From Haliotis cracherodii (Eukaryota): a stretch of 64,000 bases of DNA. The position numbers and the translations under genes were made by a program. The notes beneath the pieces were generated by a model. The model had not been told where the DNA came from, did no database searches, and saw only the letters and a list, made by a program, of their open reading frames with translations. Positions 24,401 through 36,400 of the stretch are shown one piece after another; the first letter of the stretch is position 1; every line of letters begins with the position of its first letter. The stretch is from positions 3,968,001 to 4,032,000 of the forward strand of contig NW_027266285.1 of NCBI RefSeq assembly GCF_022045235.1, given 5' to 3'.

Positions 24401-27400
24401 TAAACCGTACAACCTAGCTTCCCAAAACTTGGTACGCTTAACAATCAGGCTCAGTAGAAGTGCCTTTTGCTATTTAGAGATTTTTAGAATTTTATATATT
24501 TGTCGTTTCCATGGAAATATTATGAACTTAGGAAATTTGAGGGTAGTGCTCTTGTCCAGAGTATATTTTCTAAACCGTACAACCTAGCTTCCCAAAACTT
24601 GGTACACTTAACATTCAGGCTCAGTAGAAGTGCCTTTTGCTATTTAGAGATTTTTAAATTTTTTTATTTTTGTTGTTTCAATAGAAATATGATGAACTTA
24701 GGAAATTTGAGGGTAGTGCTCTTGTCCGGACCATATCTCCTGAACCTACAACTTAGCTTCTCAAAAGTTTTTACACCTATTAAGCACGTTATGTAGTGGT
24801 GCCTTTGCTAGTAACAGATTTTTCTTTTTTTTTCTTTTTTCAATTTTAATTGAAAATTGATGGAGCATATCTTCTAAACCATGCGACAGAGATTCACCAA
24901 ACTTTATGCACATATCAATCATGTTCACTAGTAGTGCAGTTTGTTATTGATAGATTTTAATCTTTTTAATTTGTAGCCCCTGACATATAATTCTAAGGTG
25001 TACTATTTACCGATACCATATACTATATATGATGTGAGCTACATAACCTAGTACATTCTCTTTATGCCTTTGTCTCATGAGGCTACTACAGAGCTATTCA
25101 TATGCGAATCTGCGAAGTTATTGTTATTACAATTTCATGAGATCATCAGAAAGTGAGCTACATGAACCAATATTTAACAACCTTCATTATATTTCTGGTT
25201 TGGGCATTAAGGAAAAGGATTTCCTTGCCAATCTAAATACATTTGAAGGTACACACAGTTTACCGACATGCCACGTTGGGGTGATATGTCATATTCGGAT
25301 GACTCTTGTTTTATATGTTTTACTTATCTGGCATTACTCCTTAATGCATTCATTGCTTACTTTATGACAACAAGAAGACGGCGCAAAGGCGATGGTCTTG
25401 GGTGAAGAAATAAAGATGTTGTTGTTTTCAAGTCACACTTTTATACGGACCACCGCCACTGTCATGTGACCATGGTGACACCTAAGTTCACCTTCTTCAC
25501 ATCATTGCCTGTCACACTACAGCAAGGATGTGTCCCAGCGGAGCTCTTCTAATTGGATTAATTGAGACCTTCAGTTTTCGGCTATGATTCTAAAAATTGA
25601 TTTGCAATGGGTGATGTATTCATTTCATATTACTTTCACCATGTTGTGTAGTTTTATGTGAATTATTTAGGTGCAAAAAGACTCTGTCTTTTTTCCCACC
25701 ACTTGTTTGTTGTTGTCCGCCATTTGGGTGTCAACACCTTTCCAGAACACTAATTGGATGCAAAACTTCATGCAGTCCATGTGGCAGCAGTCTATGGCAC
25801 ACCTGTATCCTGTGCCCACGCCTATGCCTATGTATCAGATGCCTGCGTCAGTTACAATCATGGCACAGGGCTAAGCGCCTGCGCCGGCACCTATCATTTA
25901 CAGTACAACTATTGTGCGTCATAGTATAGCCCATTCATCTCTGGGCAAGGCTAGTATGCCTGTGCGTAGATGGACATCGACGCATGACTCCCTATCACCA
26001 GGTGGATCATGCAAGCCCTCTTTCAGAGGTAGTGCTACGCACTGGAGCAGAAGCTGATCGCCGTCTAGGCGAACACGTCAACGCGGTTCTGATTCGTCAG
26101 ACTGTTCAAATGGCGAAGATGGCGATTCCTTGCTTGAATGGAATACACACCTCTGCTTAGCGCAAGTACCTGATTTGGTAGCGGACTGTCTCGTATGAGG
26201 GTCTTAAGGTGGTAACGGGGTGGATTAAAAAGGACACCATATGGTCGCATCCTACATCGAATCTTGCCGACCCTATGCTGACAGATATGACTAGGTAATT
26301 GGATGAAGATGTCTCCAAGCTCTCACTTGCGCCGTCATTTAAGCCCGCCAAGTTTAGGAAACTATCCATGCATTTGCGGTAGCAGACCTGGCTCATATTT
26401 TGGATGAGGACATACAGAGGATGACAGGCTCTACAAGGCCAACCACTCTTAAGGTTCAGGATACCAGATTCAATGGTTCCAGTTCAATGGGGTTCACTAC
26501 CAATGGACAGTGCTACCATTTGGCATTTCAGTGGCCCAGTGGCTATTTACATGAGTAATGAAGCCAGTCACAGCGTATCTACACCTGAGGAACATTTGGT
26601 TCGAGTCATACGTAGACCACTGTCTCCTGTGTCATCAACACATGCAGACGTTAGTACACCACCAGGTCTTCACCAGACGGCTACTCTATCAACTGGGACG
26701 GGTAATCAGTGAGGCGAAGTTGGAGTTAACTCCATCCTATGGGCTCCAGTTCATCGGAGGCCAGTTCCAGACAGACCAGGATCTCCTATCAGTACCAAGG
26801 GACAGATGGCACAAAATCCTACGCCTCTTGTCACCAGCCACACATGCTTCACCAATGGCAAATGTGTTGCTAGGGTCACTCACCTCGTCACAGGACTTAA
26901 CCATCAGAGGCCACTTACAACTGCATCCAATTCAACAATTCCTGAACCCTTACATCAGGAGTCAGGATCCACTCAAGGCCATCACTCTGCCGGCTCACCT
27001 AAGGCCTTACCTCAATTGGTGAACGGTAGAGTCGATTTTCTTAGGAGGAGTCTCTTTATCCGGGTTATCCCCGTGTCTACACCTGTTGTAGACGCCTCCC
27101 TTCAGCGATGGTGTACTCAACTGCAAGGCCAAACAGCCTCAGGGCTATGGTCCAGCGCCCATCGAAAGTGGCACATAAACAACTTGGAGTTGGGAGCATT
27201 AATTCTGGTCATATCCCATTGGCAGAATCAGCTACTCTCCGCCTAACTTGCAATATCCACAGATAACAGCACTGTGGTGTGGTGCCTGCGCTTTCAGGGA
27301 ACAACGCACTCCCACTCCCTGCTTCAACAGACATTCAGGTTTTTCCATCTAGTGGATCATCTGGAACTTCAGTTCATAGTTTAGCACATGTTGAAACATA

Positions 27401-30400
27401 CTGGCTGATGTGTTATCGCGTCCAGACAGGGTGGCTCCCACCAAGTGGAAACTTCACACAGAAGCATTCCAGTTACTAATTCAGAAGTTCGGGCAACTAA
27501 ACATCTACCTGTTTGCTACGTGTCAAAACAACTAACTCATGACATATGTCTCCTTATTACTGGATCTGCTGGCCTGGGTGAGGACGCGTTTAGCATCTCT
27601 TGGGAAGGGCTAAAAGCATACGCTTTTCCGCCACCAGTTCTACTTTCCAAGGTGATGCAAAAGATCAAGGAGACAAGGAATCTTGCTCTTGCTGGTGGCT
27701 GGCAAGAGGGTGGTTTGTCGAGCAGAAGGCGATCCACTACCCCTACTCATCCACCCTCACAGCAAACTGCCTCACCCAATGTCAGACAGGTTTTGTCTGC
27801 ATGATTGGTTCATCTTAAAAAGATATTAATTGCGAAGGCCTATACGGCGCGGACATCAAAAGCTATAGCTTATGCTCATCGTCCCTCTACCAGAGGACTA
27901 TATGATGACAAATGGGGATCATTTGAGATTTTTTGAAGGGCAAAAAATCATGGCCCTACTAGTGTTTCACCACAATTCCTAGCCGAATACCTCCTACATC
28001 TGCGTACCCATAGACACTTGAAAGGTAGCACCATTGCTACGTATTTCGTTGCACTATAAATCGTAAATCTGAAAATCGAAAGATGACTAAGGTCCCGAAA
28101 CTACAGGCCCTACTGCGCTCATTCATGTTTGAGGGGGGCGGTCGGGTAGCCTGGTAGTTAAAGCGTTTGCTCGTCACGCCGAAGACCCGGGTTCGATTCC
28201 CGACATGGGTACAATGTGTGAAGCCCATTTCTGGTGTCCCCCGCCGTGATGTTGCTGGAATATTGCTTAAAGCGGCGTAAAACCATACTCACTCACTCAC
28301 TCATGTTTGAGGGTCAGAAGACCAAGTTCCGCCGACCTGCTTGAAATTTGAACGTTGTACTTCGAGGTTTGCAAGTATCACCCTTCGAGCCCCTCTGGGC
28401 ATCCTCATTCTCTTTCAGATTAAATCCTCCTCTGGGCACTTATTGCATTTTCCTGGCTCAAGAAAATCTACATGACATAGTTGTAACCATTTTCCTTAAT
28501 AAAAAATGTTACCACACAAAAAACTTCGTTTTTGTATGATATACGTCCACCTTTATGGTGCCTCACCCTCCATGGCGCGTCACGCCAAGGGAAGCAACTC
28601 TCACCCAAATCACTTTCCTTATGTCATCTGACAAAGACAGACGTGCCTGTTTTTTTCAAGACTAAAAAAGTACAAGATAATCGTTCGTACAAGAACCATG
28701 GCAGATCAAACTGTATGTATGGTACATTTCTTTCATGCAAAGGCGTAATACCTCGCATTGTAAAGTTATAAAGTTGTAATTATGTGACATGTGTAAGATA
28801 CCTTTGAAACAAAGGCCGTCGTGGCTTCCATATTGTAGTGCCACGTATGATACATGTAACGCCAGGGCCATTAAAAACGGCTTGGGTTTTTTAATGTTAT
28901 ATCATCGGGCTTTGGCCTACAATCTTTTCCTTTAATAAACCCAAGGTGGTGTGTTAATTATATTTAAATTACACTTACCTTTTTTTTACGTTTTTTTTAC
29001 TCCTTCGCGCGTAACACGCCCACTTTGGTGTTATAATTATACTACGACATTGGCTATTAGTATCGGGTTACCAATCGCATTCTAAATTACGCTTTTGCTT
29101 CTAGTTTCACAATTTATGCACGTAAGGGTAAAAAAGCAGCAGAGACTGTCTCCCCCGCTCCCTCCCCTGGGGCCGGGGGAGAAGGCTCTAGGGTCCCCGT
29201 AACAATCACTGCAACCTCTCCTGCACGTCTTTGGCTTCGGCGCCGGCTCGAGATCGCTCCCCAGCGGAGGGGTGGCGGGCGTTGGCCCGTTCACTACCGA
29301 CGCACAGTTCTCCCTAGCGGAGCCAGACGCCTCTTCCGAGGCCGAGGCTTCCTCTAGCGGATTCCTAGCCCAGAGCCATGTGGGTTCCCTTGAACCCCCG
29401 GCACCTCGGGACCGGGACTCGGCTTTGGGCTGTGTGCAGCCCGGGGATGCGAAGGCCCAGGCCTTCGGGCGTCCCCTTCCGACTTCGTCTGCTTCTTCTC
29501 TCGGGGAAGAGTCGATTAAATTCGGCTCGGAATCGAGAGAGGAGTGGACGGAGGAGGGGGAAGACGACTCGGAGACCTTGGGAACATTTTCCTTCATTTC
29601 CTCGTTGAGGCATGTACGGGACAAGATTGTGCCCATGCCCCAGTCGGATCCGACTGAGTTCCGCCTTCTGGGGGACGCTTTTGCTCTGAGCAAGGCACCC
29701 CAGGTGCGGCTCCGTATTCTGTCCTCACTGGTGCATGAAGTCATCAACCCTCTGTTGTCGGGTGCCCGCAGGAAGTTCGACCTGCCCGAACTTATTAAGC
29801 GGTACCCGTTAGCAGAGGATGGTGACTTTGAGGTACCGGTGGTGGACGAATGCGTCTGGACCTCCGTTACCCTTGGGGGGTCTTCGACCCCCAACTTGGC
29901 TAAGGTCAAGCTGGGCCGGCGGTTGCCACCCTTTCCAAGGTGTGGTGCGGAGCTGAAGGCTGCTTACGTTTGTTTCGAGGAGCAATATCGTAATGCATGT
30001 CAGCAGCTCTGTGTGTCCGTACACTCCGCATATCTGTCAGCCATACAGATGGAGTTAGCGGGAGAGGGTCCGGCCGACTCTTCGGAGTTGGCCACGGAAC
30101 TTACGTAGGTCCATAGTCATCTTGCGAGGGACGCTATCCATAGCTGTGCCTCGCAGATGATGTGCACAGTCATGGGCATGCGCAGGCTGTGGATGTCGGT
30201 ATCCAAATACTCGGCTTCCACACGCAGGGATCTACTTGCTTTGCCATATAAGATGGGTGCCACCCTCTTCCCTGGGGCTCAGCAGGTGGTCGAGAGGCAG
30301 CACAGTTGTATGCCTCCATCAAGGATTCTAAGGATTCTAAGGATTCAAGGATTAAATCGCGTAAGCGGACCTCTCCACTTGACTCCTCCTACGCTGATGC

Positions 30401-33400
30401 GCCGGGTCAGGTCACATCCTTCAGGTAAGGGCGCCGGGAGGAGCAAGAGAGGCAGGGGCCGGGGCAAGACAGCTGGTCGAGGCCAGCAGCCTTTTCGCGG
30501 GGCCGGGAACCCCCATTAGCGCCCGAAGTGCCCCAGACGGACCCACGGTTGCATGTTATCGGACTGCCGACAGCCGGGGTCCACTGCCTCAAGCCGGATG
30601 TCCCCGTAGGCGGCCGACTGGCTCTATTCCTGAAGGAATGGGAGACAGTCACATCCAATCCCTGGACCCTGTCCACTCTAAGGGATGGCCATATGCCTCG
30701 GTGGAAACATCATCCGCCCCCCTTCTCCGGGATAAAGCACACTCCGGTGCCTGCTACTTGAGAGAAGGCGGAATTCCTCCGTGCCGAGGTCGACGCACTT
30801 CTTATGAAGGCTGCGATCGAACCGGTTCCCGTGGGACAGGAAAGCGAGGGCTTCTACTCGACATATTTCCTAGTTACCCAAAAAGATGGAGGGTTCAGGC
30901 CTATTCTCAATCTGAGAAGGCTGAACAAACTTATAGAGGTACCGTCCTTCAGGATGGAGACACTGCGCTCGGTGATCTCAGTTGTCGAGACAGCAGAATG
31001 GCTAACGTCAATAGACCTAAAAGACGCCTATCTCCACGTACCCATACACCCCGAGTTCAAGAAATACCTGAGGTTTTCTTTCGACGGGAGGTGTTATCAG
31101 TTCAGGGTTCTACCATTCGGGATCTCCACGGCCCCGAGGGTGTTCACCAAGCTGATGTTGATTCCCGCCCAAGTGGCCAGGTGAAAAGATCGGTTCTGCC
31201 ATCCTCACCTCGACGACTGGTTACTAAGAGCTCTATCGCAATCCCTGAGTCAGATAGCTACACAAGACGTGATAGACATTCTGATCACTCTAGGGTGGAT
31301 AGTCAATCTCAAGAAGTCAGATCTGAGCCTTACTGAGACTTTGGGTGAACTCAGAAGATCTCGAGACTGTTCTCGAGACTCCGCAAGGGCTCAATGCACA
31401 CCTGCAGTGGTGGACTGAGGTCAGGAATCTGTCCCGGGGGCTCCCCCTCGACACTCCCGTTCCGTCTCTCACAGTTCACTCTCCGGCTGGGGAGGCGTTC
31501 TGAACGATCACACTGCCTCGGGACTATGGTCCCAGCAGGAGATCAAACTGCATATCAATGTGCTAGAACTGAGAGCGGTCAGGTTGGTGTTCAAACGCTT
31601 CCTGGATCTGCTTCGTGGCCAAGTGGTGTGTCTAGAGATGGACAACCACCTCGGGACCGGGACTCGGCTTTGGGCTGTGTGCAGCCCGGGGATGCGAAGG
31701 CCCAGGCCTTCGGGCGTCCCCTTCCGACTTCGTCTGCTTCTTCTCTCGGGGAAGAGTCGATTAAATTCGGCTCGGAATCGAGAGAGGAGTGGACGGAGGA
31801 GGGGGAAGACGACTCGGAGACCTTGGGAACATTTTCCTTCATTTCCTCGTTGAGGCATGTACGGGACAAGATTGTCCAGGTACTGCCTCAGGTGGCTGTG
31901 CCCATGCCCCAGTCGGATCCGACTGAGTTCCGCCTTCTGGGGGACGCTTTTGCTCTGAGCAAGGCACCCCAGGTGCGGCTCCGTATTCTGTCCTCACTGG
32001 TGCATGAAGTCATCAACCCTCTGTTGTCGGGTGCCCGCAGGAAGTTCGACCTGCCCGAACTTATTAAGCGGTACCCGTTAGCAGAGGATGGTGACTTTGA
32101 GGTACCGGTGGTGGACGAATGCGTCTGGACCTCCGTTACCCTTGGGGGGTCTTCGACCCCCAACTTGGCTAAGGTCAAGCTGGGCCGGCGGTTGCCACCC
32201 TTTCCAAGGTGTGGTGCGGAGCTGAAGGCTGCTTACGTTTGTTTCGAGGAGCAATATCGTAATGCATGTCAGCAGCTCTGTGTGTCCGTACACTCCGCAT
32301 ATCTGTCAGCCATACAGATGGAGTTAGCGGGAGAGGGTCCGGCCGACTCTTCGGAGTTGGCCACGGAACTTACGTAGGTCCATAGTCATCTTGCGAGGGA
32401 CGCTATCCATAGCTGTGCCTCGCAGATGATGTGCACAGTCATGGGCATGCGCAGGCTGTGGATGTCGGTATCCAAATACTCGGCTTCCACACGCAGGGAT
32501 CTACTTGCTTTGCCATATAAGATGGGTGCCACCCTCTTCCCTGGGGCTCAGCAGGTGGTCGAGAGGCAGCACAGTTGTATGCCTCCATCAAGGATTCTAA
32601 GGATTCTAAGGATTCAAGGATTAAATCGCGTAAGCGGACCTCTCCACTTGACTCCTCCTACGCTGATGCGCCGGGTCAGGTCACATCCTTCAGGTAAGGG
32701 CGCCGGGAGGAGCAAGAGAGGCAGGGGCCGGGGCAAGACAGCTGGTCGAGGCCAGCAGCCTTTTCGCGGGGCCGGGAACCCCCATTAGCGCCCGAAGTGC
32801 CCCAGACGGACCCACGGTTGCATGTTATCGGACTGCCGACAGCCGGGGTCCACTGCCTCAAGCCGGATGTCCCCGTAGGCGGCCGACTGGCTCTATTCCT
32901 GAAGGAATGGGAGACAGTCACATCCAATCCCTGGACCCTGTCCACTCTAAGGGATGGCCATATGCCTCGGTGGAAACATCATCCGCCCCCCTTCTCCGGG
33001 ATAAAGCACACTCCGGTGCCTGCTACTTGAGAGAAGGCGGAATTCCTCCGTGCCGAGGTCGACGCACTTCTTATGAAGGCTGCGATCGAACCGGTTCCCG
33101 TGGGACAGGAAAGCGAGGGCTTCTACTCGACATATTTCCTAGTTACCCAAAAAGATGGAGGGTTCAGGCCTATTCTCAATCTGAGAAGGCTGAACAAACT
33201 TATAGAGGTACCGTCCTTCAGGATGGAGACACTGCGCTCGGTGATCTCAGTTGTCGAGACAGCAGAATGGCTAACGTCAATAGACCTAAAAGACGCCTAT
33301 CTCCACGTACCCATACACCCCGAGTTCAAGAAATACCTGAGGTTTTCTTTCGACGGGAGGTGTTATCAGTTCAGGGTTCTACCATTCGGGATCTCCACGG

Positions 33401-36400
33401 CCCCGAGGGTGTTCACCAAGCTGATGTTGATTCCCGCCCAAGTGGCCAGGTGAAAAGATCGGTTCTGCCATCCTCACCTCGACGACTGGTTACTAAGAGC
33501 TCTATCGCAATCCCTGAGTCAGATAGCTACACAAGACGTGATAGACATTCTGATCACTCTAGGGTGGATAGTCAATCTCAAGAAGTCAGATCTGAGCCTT
33601 ACTGAGACTTTGGGTGAACTCAGAAGATCTCGAGACTGTTCTCGAGACTCCGCAAGGGCTCAATGCACACCTGCAGTGGTGGACTGAGGTCAGGAATCTG
33701 TCCCGGGGGCTCCCCCTCGACACTCCCGTTCCGTCTCTCACAGTTCACTCTCCGGCTGGGGAGGCGTTCTGAACGATCACACTGCCTCGGGACTATGGTC
33801 CCAGCAGGAGATCAAACTGCATATCAATGTGCTAGAACTGAGAGCGGTCAGGTTGGTGTTCAAACGCTTCCTGGATCTGCTTCGTGGCCAAGTGGTGTGT
33901 CTAGAGATGGACAACCACCTCGGGACCGGGACTCGGCTTTGGGCTGTGTGCAGCCCGGGGATGTGAAGGCCCAGGCCTTCGGGCGTCCCCTTCCGACTTC
34001 GTCTGCTTCTTCTCTCGGGGAAGAGTCGATTAAATTCGGCTCGGAATCGAGAGAGGAGTGGACGGAGGAGGGGGAAGACGACTCGGAGACCTTGGGAACA
34101 TTTTCCTTCATTTCCTCGTTGAGGCATGTACGGGACAAGATTGTCCAGGTACTGCCTCAGGTGGCTGTGCCCATGCCCCAGTCGGATCCGACTGAGTTCC
34201 GCCTTCTGGGGGACGCTTTTGCTCTGAGCAAGGCACCCCAGGTGCGGCTCCGTATTCTGTCCTCACTGGTGCATGAAGTCATCAACCCTCTGTTGTCGGG
34301 TGCCCGCAGGAAGTTCGACCTGCCCGAACTTATTAAGCGGTACCCGTTAGCAGAGGATGGTGACTTTGAGGTACCGGTGGTGGACGAATGCGTCTGGACC
34401 TCCGTTACCCTTGGGGGGTCTTCGACCCCCAACTTGGCTAAGGTCAAGCTGGGCCGGCGGTTGCCACCCTTTCCAAGGTGTGGTGCGGAGCTGAAGGCTG
34501 CTTACGTTTGTTTCGAGGAGCAATATCGTAATGCATGTCAGCAGCTCTGTGTGTCCGTACACTCCGCATATCTGTCAGCCATACAGATGGAGTTAGCGGG
34601 AGAGGGTCCGGCCGACTCTTCGGAGTTGGCCACGGAACTTACGTAGGTCCATAGTCATCTTGCGAGGGACGCTATCCATAGCTGTGCCTCGCAGATGATG
34701 TGCACAGTCATGGGCATGCGCAGGCTGTGGATGTCGGTATCCAAATACTCGGCTTCCACACGCAGGGATCTACTTGCTTTGCCATATAAGATGGGTGCCA
34801 CCCTCTTCCCTGGGGCTCAGCAGGTGGTCGAGAGGCAGCACAGTTGTATGCCTCCATCAAGGATTCTAAGGATTCTAAGGATTCAAGGATTAAATCGCGT
34901 AAGCGGACCTCTCCACTTGACTCCTCCTACGCTGATGCGCCGGGTCAGGTCACATCCTTCAGGTAAGGGCGCCGGGAGGAGCAAGAGAGGCAGGGGCCGG
35001 GGCAAGACAGCTGGTCGAGGCCAGCAGCCTTTTCGCGGGGCCGGGAACCCCCATTAGCGCCCGAAGTGCCCCAGACGGACCCACGGTTGCATGTTATCGG
35101 ACTGCCGACAGCCGGGGTCCACTGCCTCAAGCCGGATGTCCCCGTAGGCGGCCGACTGGCTCTATTCCTGAAGGAATGGGAGACAGTCACATCCAATCCC
35201 TGGACCCTGTCCACTCTAAGGGATGGCCATATGCCTCGGTGGAAACATCATCCGCCCCCCTTCTCCGGGATAAAGCACACTCCGGTGCCTGCTACTTGAG
35301 AGAAGGCGGAATTCCTCCGTGCCGAGGTCGACGCACTTCTTATGAAGGCTGCGATCGAACCGGTTCCCGTGGGACAGGAAAGCGAGGGCTTCTACTCGAC
35401 ATATTTCCTAGTTACCCAAAAAGATGGAGGGTTCAGGCCTATTCTCAATCTGAGAAGGCTGAACAAACTTATAGAGGTACCGTCCTTCAGGATGGAGACA
35501 CTGCGCTCGGTGATCTCAGTTGTCGAGACAGCAGAATGGCTAACGTCAATAGACCTAAAAGACGCCTATCTCCACGTACCCATACACCCCGAGTTCAAGA
35601 AATACCTGAGGTTTTCTTTCGACGGGAGGTGTTATCAGTTCAGGGTTCTACCATTCGGGATCTCCACGGCCCCGAGGGTGTTCACCAAGCTGATGTTGAT
35701 TCCCGCCCAAGTGGCCAGGTGAAAAGATCGGTTCTGCCATCCTCACCTCGACGACTGGTTACTAAGAGCTCTATCGCAATCCCTGAGTCAGATAGCTACA
35801 CAAGACGTGATAGACATTCTGATCACTCTAGGGTGGATAGTCAATCTCAAGAAGTCAGATCTGAGCCTTACTGAGACTTTGGGTGAACTCAGAAGATCTC
35901 GAGACTGTTCTCGAGACTCCGCAAGGGCTCAATGCACACCTGCAGTGGTGGACTGAGGTCAGGAATCTGTCCCGGGGGCTCCCCCTCGACACTCCCGTTC
36001 CGTCTCTCACAGTTCACTCTCCGGCTGGGGAGGCGTTCTGAACGATCACACTGCCTCGGGACTATGGTCCCAGCAGGAGATCAAACTGCATATCAATGTG
36101 CTAGAACTGAGAGCGGTCAGGTTGGTGTTCAAACGCTTCCTGGATCTGCTTCGTGGCCAAGTGGTGTGTCTAGAGATGGACAACCACCTCGGGACCGGGA
36201 CTCGGCTTTGGGCTGTGTGCAGCCCGGGGATGTGAAGGCCCAGGCCTTCGGGCGTCCCCTTCCGACTTCGTCTGCTTCTTCTCTCGGGGAAGAGTCGATT
36301 AAATTCGGCTCGGAATCGAGAGAGGAGTGGACGGAGGAGGGGGAAGACGACTCGGAGACCTTGGGAACATTTTCCTTCATTTCCTCGTTGAGGCATGTAC

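Noticed and set aside
28136-28215. tRNA-Asp-like gene (also at 51989, 62988; Leu-like at 22401)
   Set aside because: No complete cloverleaf; followed by a SINE body, (ACTC)n tail and TSDs.
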